Positions 1 to 17,800 of a stretch of DNA of 64,000 nucleotides are shown piece after piece. The notes below the pieces were generated by a model. The model was given only the letters and a program-made list of their open reading frames with translations, had not been told where the DNA came from and made no database searches. The position numbers and the translations under genes are program-made. Source of the DNA: Tubiluchus corallicola (taxonomy: Eukaryota > Animalia > Priapulida); contig JAQGDQ010000526.1 of the NCBI GenBank assembly GCA_030141605.1, forward strand, positions 84,804 through 148,803, given 5' to 3'. The stretch's first letter is position 1; every line of letters begins with the position of its first letter.

Positions 1-37
1 TGTTACAATTATGTAGCGAAAATCAAGAGCTCTATCA

Positions 38-42
38 GTGTG

Positions 43-74
<32 letters not shown>

Positions 75-150
75 TGCGTGCGTGTGTGTGTGTGTGTGTG
101 TGTTTGTATGTATGTATTTATTATAAATAACTTATATATATATATATATA
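38..150. repeat. Compound microsatellite (TG)n/(TGCG)n/(TA)n
   Basis: Directly visible tandem di- and tetranucleotide runs. Confidence 0.95.
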
Positions 151-202
151 TGTTCTTTGTTATATTTTGGCTATAGAAAAGGCTGAATCTGCCAATATCG
201 TT

Positions 203-589
203 TATTGACAAATTCAACATTTTCTACAGCCAAGTAAAATAGCAAAAACATATCATATAAAAGTAGCATATGCTACTTCAACATATTGACAAATTCAACA
301 TTTTCTACAGCCAAGTAAAATAGCAAAAACATAACATATAAAAGTAGCATATGCTAAGCATACAGAATTTTGTTTTAGCAAAGTTAAAAGCAAACTAAAA
401 CTCAATTTTAAGTAATACTTAATTAATACGTAATATTTTAATTAACACAGTGCATTGCGAGTGGACCTTTGTTAAAAATTACTTAAAATTAAGTTTTATT
501 TTGCTTTTAATTTTGCTAAAACAAAATTCTGTATGCTTAGCATGCGCTACTTTTATGTGTTATGTTTTTGCTATTTTACTTGGCGGTAG
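203..589. repeat. Foldback / inverted repeat (MITE-like), with partial tandem duplication of the left arm
   Basis: Arm ~305-416 (ctacagccaagtaaaatagcaaaaac...ttttaagtaat) is the near reverse complement of ~478-589; ~203-275 duplicates ~284-356. Confidence 0.8.
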
Positions 590-1228
590 TTACAATATAG
601 TTAGCATACGCTACTTTGTTCGTTCGATACTGACATCTAAATTTAGGTAATAGCAAGATAAGAATGGAAGGTAAAGTAACATGCCTAATTCCACTCTATG
701 CCTCACATTGGTGCGTTCACAACCACCAAAGATCAGTATAGCGCCAATATTCTGAGAATTGGCTACTGGGTAACCTTTAACAGAGTCGTAGACATTTTTA
801 ACTGATACATTTTCAAAATGGTACAAATAGCTGAAGTGCTGCGAATTTGGTTTTTCCAAGGTTCTTCGTATTCTGTTATCAAGTATAGCTTTTTAGTTTT
901 TTTTAAATTCCGCGCTTGCGTATAGAGAAACTGCTAGTATACGTATAGAAAAATACTTCAAAAGTGTGTCGCTCAGCTGCTGTTTTAGTGTAACAATCGA
1001 ATGCAGTTTTCTATTGTACAACATGGCGCCCATTATTTGCCTAAAAGAGTAAATTGCCTAATAGCAGACCATAGAGTGTGCATTAGAAAATGGCGCCAAT
1101 TGTTTGCCTAATTTTTTGCGCGAGCCTAGCAGTCTCTCTCTGCACACGCTCGGCATTTAGATCTATGTTTTGCAGTTCATTCGTATTCTGTGTCTATTTA
1201 TCCATATTGTAACGCAATTATGTTTCAG

Positions 1229-7148
<5,920 letters not shown>

Positions 7149-10100
7149 CTGTTATTCAGCAGTACATTTACCCGTAGCATTCGTCACACACATGTAAAGA
7201 TTCAGAAAATTACATGTCTTTGGCTTCTATTTGCCATTCGTTAGCAAGTCTCAAAAATTGTTTTAGCATATGTGCAGTGACTTTGGTATTTCACTAAAAT
7301 TAAAAATTTCTTTGCCAGTTTGCCTCAATTCTGTAAGTGTGAGAGACAATTATTGACTACAATGAAATGTAAGCAAACTTTAAAATAACAGTATGCTAGG
7401 AATTCTAAATTCGCCTACGGTTATCTCACTATCACCAGCACCAAATCCTGGCTCTTTCTCTAGAAATAAGAGGTATAAGCTTTGCAGAAAACTATTTGCA
7501 CACTAGATTAAGACCTTTCGTTTGTTACATAGATCACTGTGAATATAGTGAATGGTTATGTATATAGATATATATATATGTATATATATCCGGAATTAAT
7601 ACTATGTAGATATGCACTAAATAAGGATAAAGTCAGTTTTTAGAAGGTTTTTTTCTAAAAACGTAGTTTGTTATTGCTGCATTTGTAATCGGTGAAAAAC
7701 ACTTGAAAATGGTGTGGTACCATTTGTGAAAATATTACCTGCTACAAAAACGTGGTCATCACATTCGCTGAACTGAGAAACGTGGGTGTGAATACAACCT
7801 TGGTCACATTTAGGCAGCTTCTAACTCATTCACAGCGCAAAAACTACATTTTTTGGTACTGGTGGACGTTTTTCATTTTAGGGATCTAAAATGTTTTCAT
7901 AATCTTAGAAAGTTCACTATTGCTTTCTCTGACTTTCAACTAGTAAGCTCAACTACTCTCCAGTAAACTGGCATATCTCTTACAGGTTTCTTTTAAGTCA
8001 AATACCTCATGTAATAGCACTGACAATAAAATAACCGTGCAGGTTTTATTTGGTTTTGAGACAATTTAAATTTTCTTGCGTAACTGAAACAGACGACTGG
8101 CACCGTTAAATCTAACATACTGTGTGTGCGTCAAGAAAACTATTATATTATAAAACCATAATAAGCTTTGATATAAATTATAATATGTATATAATCTTTA
8201 TTTGTTTAAAGTGGATTAACAAAACAGTAGTACCTGAATCAAGTCTCTGCACAAATATTCCTGCGAATCCAACGACATGTCAGGTCCCTAAGCACATAAG
8301 AGTTCTCGAGTCTTGCGTTTATATTTAATCCCCTAATACCCCTCCGCATTTTTATCACATTCTATGAATATTTATGAAGCAGAATAGTCGAAAAATGAAA
8401 TTATATCACTGGCATATTTGTGAGTATGTGAAAGCTTGTAGTGGCCAGGACTCATTTTTCTTGAGTTTTTCAAAAGTTTTTCTTAAGAAATTCTGTACAC
8501 GCACGTGCGTCAGTGCGTCCGCCTGCCGGCGCCAATGTAATTGAGCCATTACCGTTTATATAACAAACATCGCATTGAATAATAAAAGCAGCATTAAAAA
8601 AGTCATGGTTTACTCAAGAAATAAGCCAAATATATAGGTAAGCAGCGAAGATGAAAGAACTCTCACTATATATATATGGAAAATGGAACATAAAGATATA
8701 TATATATATATATATATCTTTATTTGCCATAAAACAATGATAGTATACATTATATAATGTGAAATATCATTCAGTGATTGCCTGGGCAACACTACTAATA
8801 GGCAAAGTTAGAACTACGAGTGCAATAGGGGTGCACAAAAACACAGGTAATAAAGTAAATAATGTTATTAGCTACAGCAAAATACTTCTATCTAAAAAAA
8901 CTGAAGCACACTTTGCAAATACAATCTCATATAAAACAATACATATCATGGACGTAATTAACACACGTATGTTCACATAGACACAAAACCATCTCATGGT
9001 ACAATTAAACATTTGAACATTCTTTTACTCTCGATCATTCGAACATTCGATTACTCTGTTATAACTGTTCTAGAGCTCGTCCTCTGAACATTGCACAAGT
9101 TATCTTAATGTAGAGATTCTAAATGTCACTTTGACGGTTTTATCCATTGTATTAATTAAATACTAACAAAGGCCCCGCAAAACATTTTGCGTATAAATCC
9201 ACTTATAATCAATAATGCGCGAACATCCTACATAGTGTTCGTTTATTTACCTAACTCAAAGCCAGCAGCAGCAGCTTTTACTGAATTAAAGTTATAAGGT
9301 TATAGACAGAGTATAATGGATGACGTCAGAACAATGGCTTTGCGTCAGCAGTTGTCCAAGCGAAAATTGCTGAAAATGGAACATCTAATTAACTTGTCGC
9401 CACTCCTCTTGATTGACCTGCCCTAAAATATATCCTACATCATCGTATAGCCCTGTTCTTCTTCTTTCTAAAGAGCTATTTATCTCCTTCCGAGAGTCCC
9501 ACCAGGCGCCGCTAGACAATAAACAGAAATCAATAGCAAAAAGTTTGCCTGGTGCTTTGGTTTTTAGAAAATCATGTGACTCTGCAATCTACGATCTGCC
9601 TTGTACAATCTTTCTGCTGGTAAGCTAGCAGCAGCAAACATAAGATTCTTGCTGGAGTCCACTGCCGACACGTGTCTCATTCTATCAAGTCTGAAACTAA
9701 TTTTATCAAGTTTTTATCAGTTTTTGCAGCCTCTACTTTTGTTCGAGTCGGTTTAATGTTAAAATTGTTTATTTGTGTTATCTTTATTAAAGTTGTCTCG
9801 ATTTCCCGCCGAGACTGCCTACCGAGACCGAGACCTTTAAAAAAGCTATAATCTCGGCGAGTCGAGACCGGTACTAGTCTCGTTGCAAACACCGGTGCTT
9901 ACTATTAGCCCATGCTTGATTTTACAAATTTTTTTTGAAGATGACGTTTATTATTGTCACATTCTATACAATATTAACTCGAAATACATGGCGATAAACT
10001 GTTAAAATAGTCACATTATACTATTATATTATGTTTCATACACTATAGTTACCATAAAAGAATAGCTACTGCAGTGGCCCGTGCTGAAATCAGATTTTAC

Positions 10101-10304
10101 CTGTATCTTGAATGTGACCTTTCTATGCATTACTACATCATGCAATTGAAGCCAAGTAGATGAAATTTTTGGCAGTAGAGTTCGCCCAGGTATTCTGCTC
10201 GAAGCTACCGAGTTGAGCGGATGTTTTCATGTCAAAATGATGCTCTAGTAGTTATAACTTTTGCCTTACAGTAAAACAAATCTGTCAATATGGTTGTGAC
10301 ATAA

Positions 10305-10400
10305 TTGATACTTACCTGCTGAGGGATGATACTCACCTACTAGTGATGATACTCACCTACTAGTGATGATACTTGAAAGCCAGTGATGATACTTACCTAT
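10305..10400. repeat. 20-bp tandem repeat (~5 units)
   Basis: gtgatgatact(c/t)acctacta units. Confidence 0.8.
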
Positions 10401-10984
10401 TGTACCTGTTGCTGATTGTATTTACGTGGTGTCGATAACACATCTTCTGCTGATGGCGTTACTGCCGTTACAAAGTTATCTTGTGACAAGCACAGCAATG
10501 GAGGACGAACACAATGCAGTTTTGGCGCCGTGTGAGTTGACGGGAGGAAGTGATCGGAGTTTGTCGGGCTTTGGTGATGTCGTTTACGTGGTAGGAAGTA
10601 GGAGAGAGAGAGATGGTGTAGCCTGCCGTTTCGTAGTGCGTTATTTCATGAAGAAGCCCGATGTTGAAAAACCCGAAAGATGACGTTGGATAGAGATGGC
10701 GGACGAAGACAGGTGAAACTTACCTCGAGGAAAGATTGGTGATAAAAATTTTTTGTTAGTTTCTTTAACCCTGCTGACTAAATGTCTACTGTTAATTTTT
10801 ACTTGATTGCCTAAACTTTGTCTGTTTGATTATAATGTGTTAGTGCTGATTAAATTCTTATTATTCCAATAGTTTTGCTTATCATATCAGACCAAGTGTT
10901 TTATTCTTTACCTAAGGGTTACACTTAAGTCACTGGCCACCCTTTTACAAAATCGAAAATTATACTACATCGTCACAATCATAC

Positions 10985-11135
10985 AAATAATGAACATTAA
11001 GTATCATACAAAAAATGAACATTAAGCATCCTGCAAAGAATGAACATTAAGTATCATACAAAGAATGAACATTAAGTATCATACAAATAATGAACGTTAA
11101 GTATCATACAAAAAATGAACATTAAGTATTATGCA
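10985..11135. repeat. ~24-bp tandem repeat downstream of channel copy A
   Basis: aatgaacattaagtatcatacaaa about 6 times; homologous array at 30580-30750. Confidence 0.85.
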
Positions 11136-11812
11136 AATTCACAATTTGCTATTACAAGTTATTGTGAAACATTGAAACAGATCATATTTTAAAACTTTAA
11201 ACGACAACTGAGTACAGTATGAATCATCTGATATTATTAGGTTTTCTACCAAGAGTAATCTCATTAAATTTTGTTTTGTTATGCATAGAACAGCCTTTTG
11301 CACTATTTCCTCATATTGAGGTACGTCCTACGCAAATATTTTACAGTGTGTCAAAATCATTACTAAATACGAGCAATTTCTAAACTAATAACAGCTATGT
11401 AAGATTACCACAGTGCTCAGGTAGAAGTGCTGGTTCAATGGAAAATGTTTAATTAGGAAAACTTTGCTACAGTAACCTTATAGTGTTCAATTACCAAATA
11501 CAACTCTTACAAATGGAGCAAATTTTTGTAAACTTGAACAACATTATCAGCTAACCATTAACAAATCCTCCTGCCCCACGTGCCACACCAAACGGAAGTG
11601 TAAATGTAAAGGTGATTATGATATGCGCAGGGCAATTTGTGGCGCTTTATTGTCAAATATAAGTGATGAAATAACAATAACCATGAACTGCAAAGCATAC
11701 AATAAAAATCTAAAAATACACTCAACAAACTTGGCTAATTAAACTAAGTCTAGTTAAGTGTTTACTCAGTAACAAGACAGGTGTCTGGTGCTGCCACTGA
11801 CAATGATATACA

Positions 11813-14800
11813 TTATTTACGAACAACCTGATGCACCTTCTTTTGCTGTTCTGGTCTTACTTTAATCGTTTTCGCTTTATTTCTGTCTCTCACTCCATTC
11901 AGCATGATAAACATAACTTCAATAAACTCAAATATCGTCAGAATAGAACAACCAAAACATAATCCAAGTGATCCTCCAAGTTCAGACACTAGAAAAAGGT
12001 GTTACAAAGATTATGCCTAGATGTTACAAAGGCCATTTTCTTGTACATTTTCTGACAAGAAAATGGGTTACTGTATTGGCATAATTGAGCCATTGCAGTT
12101 TTATATAACAAAAATCACTTTAAATAATAAAAGCAGCATGGTTTACTCCCCAAATAAGCCAATTATATGGGTAAGCAGCGAAGCTGAAAGAACTCTCTCA
12201 AAAAGGTGATAAACTCAAACCTGAGTCAATTATGCCTCTGGTTTGTGGCTGCTCATTGTTTCATAGTACAAGAACTAAGGAACCCTTTACTTAGATGCTT
12301 AATTACTTAAAATGTTTTAAGCAAGATTAGAAATGACAAATTGACAAATAGAAATGTGATATCTGAAAAAAAGAGACATCAAAATTCACAAAAGTTTACA
12401 AATAACCAACATTGGCAATCAAATGAAAATTAAAAGCAAAAGCTCAACAATTGGTTATGCTATTTGTAAGGAAATTAAGCAGGATACAGTTACATCAAAA
12501 CAATGTGCAAACAAGTGTAATGGAAAACAAGCAAAACCACTCTTGCAATGCAGTGAAGAACAGCTTGCTCAATGCAACCAAGGCATCAGTGGCAAACTAA
12601 CCCAAGACCTTCAACCCATTTTCAACTGCAGCTCAATGCTTCCCAAACAATAAAAACGTAGATATATCATTATTTAATTATTTCTACTAACCATTGTCAC
12701 ACTTGTAAATAACAATGTATGTTGTAAATAACTTCTATTGTGCTTAGATTTACATACTGTCATGAACCCATCCTGTATTAATTTTTTAAATATGAACTTG
12801 AACCATAGACTTTGATTACAAGTTCAGTGTCATGACCAGTAGATAATGTCTAACGATCATAACATATTATAACTGTTAATCCAAAAATTCCTCCTTCAAA
12901 AACATGCTAAATCTCACATCTTTTTAATTGATAATTTTGATAGTAAGGTCGTAACTAATAATAATTAGCATGAGTAGGTGTATAAATTCATTATAGGCCC
13001 ACTCAGCCAGCAAGACGATTATTTACACATACAGATACTACAAATAAACTCAACTATTACACAGATTTTTTTATTCAACGGAGAAACATTTACAAAAACA
13101 GTACATGGGGCATATTCAAATTTATTTAAGAATTTAATGCAGTATGCCCATATGATAGTTTGTACGTATTTTCTGCATATAAATGGCACACATACAAGGT
13201 TACGTCAGAAGATCGGGCTATCTATTAAACATTCCAGGATATTAGCAGTTATAATACCTCTGACAATTCCTTTTGCAGAGAAAGGGTGAATAAAGCAAGC
13301 AATTAATTCAATGATGAACAAATAATTATTCAAAACGATTTTATTACCGTATAAGCTGGTGATTCTTCAATAGATTGATAGGAAAGGTCCATGTAATAAA
13401 CGTTAAGCTTCACAAAATTGTCCCTGAAAAATTACATAAATTCACAATATTTAAAAAACAATTGAACAAGTAATTTGTAGTTCTTATTTTTCTAATCTGT
13501 TTAAATGTACACGTTTTTCTTTACATCAGTCATGTCAATAGTTTAGACTGCTATTTCTGAATGTATGACACTCAATTTCTTTTTAATCATTTGGCTAAAC
13601 ATGATTAGTTATTACACAAGTCCTATTCACAATGCTTGAAAAGAACTTTCTCTGCCACAAGTTTACATCTCATTAATCCCATTTATAAAGCTCTATAAAA
13701 GGCTTTTCCGGTCAAATGCAGGCTTATATCGTAACTAGATTGAATAAATAATTATTAAAGTTAATAAATAAATATCTAAATAATCCTTAGATTCAATTTA
13801 AAAATTAAATTTTTCCGCTATATAAAGACATTTTGCCAAGAACAACAGGAAGATAAAAGAAAACATGGGATAGTTGCGTGACAAAATGAAGTTCATTTGT
13901 TATGTTGTGAAATGAGAAAAAGATGGCATAGAGTGGTGACAAGCGTTCATTACCATCTGCTTGTAAGAGAGAAAGATGTTGACATAAGAAGATGATGATG
14001 CTACAAAAAGCATTTGTATGCATTGGTATGTAAAAAGCCAAATTATGGCAAATATAGCTACGCTTCTAAACGGCACAGCCCTATGTCACTCTCTGTCATA
14101 TTTATGTTTACACAAACACTTATATCCCTGTCTATAAGCCTGTCCATTATTTCCTGCTAATACACACAGAAAGTAAATGCCTACTTTTGCTGCGCTAATG
14201 CAGAACAAAAACGCGCAGTTATAGCTGACCTTAGTCTGTATTACAGCAGTTAAAATGCTAAAATTAGGACCCCGTGGTCCATATACAAAAAGTATATATA
14301 TATATATACCTTGTAAACATAGCATATTCGATTAGCATTTCTTCTGTAACGTTTACAGCTGTAATGTTTCTCTCTAATGCAGCACAGACTGAAACAGAAC
14401 GATGTAGTATTAAAACAAATTTATTTTGTAAATGATTTGCTCGGGAAATGTTAGTCATAATAAAAATATGAAAATAACGACTACTTTTGACAGCAGCAGC
14501 ATGCTCAATAACACAAGTTATGAAATCTAGACGCCGTATCATGAAATCAAGTTTTTATCGGCCTGAATGCTTACACGTCCTGGACATAAAAAGTTACACA
14601 AAAAGAATTTCATAAAAAGGATCAAAATGAAGGCAGATATTTGTTTGATAATATCATTTGAAAGTCAAAAAATAACTAACTTATCTAACTTCTTATTATG
14701 GACAATGCATAAAAGATTTGTAATGTGATATTAATGCTGCATTTGACTTCCCATAACGTTGTGGTCTCAGCCACGATTTACCTAAAAATCACTCATTTAC

Positions 14801-17800
14801 GTCTTAAACCAGTCAGTATTTCAAATAAAATTCGTTGCGATATTTTTCACAATGGTAAGGCATAAGTGGTAGGTATTCGCAATCCAAGACAAAAGTTTGT
14901 TTTATTCATACTGATACAAAGTCATTTTCTACGGCAAATTTAGTAAATACCTTTGACTGTCGTTACAAGGAAGGCAACTTTTTTCATATCAAACTACAGT
15001 CGTTGTTGAAATATCTTTATTGATGAAAATTTTATACAAATCTTTTCAGGCAATGCCATGGCCACTCGAGATAAGGTATACAGTAGAAAAAGGAAAAGAT
15101 TAGCACAGCTCTAGAAAAAATAAAATTTTTATAACTAATTTGCTGCACCATTTAGTGTAAATAGTTTGTGCGAAGCTAATTTTCCACACAGACTAATTTC
15201 GTTGCATTTTTCATTCCAATATGAAGTTCATTTTCAATGAAATTCACATGACAAGAACAATGTTTTGCTTTTCAATCAGAATCTTCTTCAGCGGACTAAA
15301 CCTCAAAGCTAGAAGTTTCTTGTCATTCAACTCTCCAAGGTATTTTGCTATGATTTTCTGCACCACGAGGTACAATTGTGTTGTATTCCATTTACCGTCC
15401 ACATCCAGCACCAGGTCAGTGCACATCATTGTCCCGTCCACATCCAGCACCACGTCAGTGCACATCATTGTCCTGTCCACATCCAGCACCAGGTCAGTGC
15501 ACATCATTGTCCCGTCCACATCCAGCACCACGTCAGTGCACATCATTGTCCTGTCCACATCCAGCACCAGGTCAGTGCACATCATTGTCCCGTCCACATC
15601 CAGCACCACGTCAGTGCACATCATTGTCCCGTCCACATCCAGCACCAGGTCTATGCACATCATTGTCCTGTCCACATCCAGCACCACGTCAGTGCACATC
15701 ATTGTCCCGTCCACATCCAGCACCACGTCAGTGCACATCATTGTCCCGTCCACATCCAGCACCAGGTCAGTGCACATCATTGTCCTGTCCACATCCAGCA
15801 CCAGGTCAGTGCACATCATTGTCCCGTCCACATCCAGCACCAGGTCAGTGCACATCATTGTCCCGTCCACATCCAGCACCAGGTCAGTGCACATCATTGT
15901 CCTGTCCACATCCAGCACCAGGTCAGTGCACATCATTGTCCTGTCCACATCCAGCACCAGGTCAGTGCACATCATTGTCCTGTCCACATCCAGCACCAGG
16001 TCAGTGCACATCATTGTCCTGTCCACATCCAGCACCAGGTCAGTGCACATCATTGTCCCGTCCACATCCAGCACCAGGTCAGTGCACATCATTGTCCCGT
16101 CCACATCCAGCACCAGGTCAGTGCACATCATTGTCCTGTCCACATCCAGCACCAGGTCAGTGCACATCATCGTCTTTCTAGCAAAACTCATGCCGTGTTT
16201 TTCTCACTGACCATTTACTGCACGTGCAGAATCCGTAGCCAGGTTTAGGAGTAAGCTCTTTCCTTACTACATTAGTTTACCCAACCAGGGGGGCAACCAC
16301 TCATTTTTTTCAAAACCCTCAAAGAGGCATTCAACACTTGGAAGAGTACGTGGCTTGAAGTTCCTCACTGCAATTATGCGGTTCCTCACTGCAGTTCCGC
16401 ACAGTGTCGATTCCGTAATTTCACCATCACATGTTCAAGAAATGTACTGCTCATCGCAACACAAAACTATTTGCGAAAAACAGACAAATTAAATACCGGA
16501 AATAAGACACGAAATGTGCACTTTAAAATTAGTCTGTATGAGGCTATTTTTCCCCACAAACTAACAACACTAAACAGCGATAAAAATAGGACAGCTGTGT
16601 AGAAGAACAGTTTTTGGTATCATTCGTGCTACATAAAACCCTGTAGTACGCAAAGATAGATCATTTTTTATAATTAATAAGATTGCCGTAGCTCTTATAC
16701 CGCACTATAAGTAAATTACATCTACATGAAAACAAATAAGTTATTCTCAAGTGAAGTAGTGGAAAATAGAGAATTAGGTAGACGGAGAAACTTAGAAAAT
16801 GATGTCTTTTCTCGAACGCAGCTGTCTACATTTGGCGACGATTGCTAATATTGGGACAAGTACAAGAGCATCTGAAACCATAATTACAAGAACATATATA
16901 TATATATATGTATATATGTATATATATACTGTATTTAAACCCTTTTATAGGTATTTTATATACCACTCTTGGTAAACACTAAATGTCTAAAGATGAAAAC
17001 TGTTTGCAAGCAGCAGCACTATGATATTTTTATAACAAATCTCGTTTTGAAAAGCTGAAAAGTTTTACTGCTATCAATTGGAAGCCCTGGTCCAGCTATG
17101 TTTATTAGAACCATGAATTCTTCACTCATACATGCACGTCTGAACATGGTTTTGAGAAAATTGTCGTAGAAATAATGATAAAAATTTTACAAAAACACAA
17201 AATACATCTTTATTTTAGTAAAATGTAACTAGCGAAAATTGATTGCGATATTTGAAGATTCAGACAGTTTGACATTGCCTAAAAATTACATAAAAGTTGT
17301 ATGAAAGGGCAAATGGGTTATCTATTCTCTCAAAGACTAGAGACATTTATGTTTAACTCCAGGCCTTGTGTTTGCCTAATTTAATGTCAAATAACAAACA
17401 TAACAATTCATAGTTTCTCGAGGTATTCGGTCGAGAAATTCGGTTTTTCTCTCAAAACTATTCTAGCTTCATGGCAATAAAACAGAAAATATAAAGCAAA
17501 TATAAAGCCAGTTAATTCACCTACTGTATAAGCAGGAGCTGGCCAATATGATGACATCTGCACAGAATTATATTTGTATTCTCTGAAAAAAACAGCATTG
17601 TTAATCAAAGTTTTGCAGATTAAGTGGCACAGTTTTCCACCATTATTAAGTTATTAAAATTTCTGGTTTATCATACTTCACAAATTCTTTCCATGTTTTT
17701 TTAACTAATGAAACCGATTTAGAAACTCATGCAGCAGTCTGATTGTGCTATCATATTAAGGAAGCACACAACTTTTACTGTTTTGCAAGTGCAATGACTT

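Noticed and set aside
10308-10330. U1 snRNA gene (ATACTTACCTG)
   Set aside because: The match ends after 11 nt; no U1 stem-loops or Sm site follow
11989-12020. Upstream in-frame acceptor rescuing copy A exon 11
   Set aside because: The AG at ~12017-12018 is in frame but introduces two TAA stops
12423-12653. Small Cys-containing ORF shared with 32064-32288
   Set aside because: Antisense within paralogous intron 10; the similarity is explained by the duplication, and starts and ends are not conserved
15221-16248. Four long overlapping ORFs (His/Cys-rich or Ser/Thr-rich repeat proteins) or a CRISPR-like array
   Set aside because: Head-to-tail 39-bp units with no unique spacers and no cas genes; the ORFs are open only because the unit lacks stops in those frames
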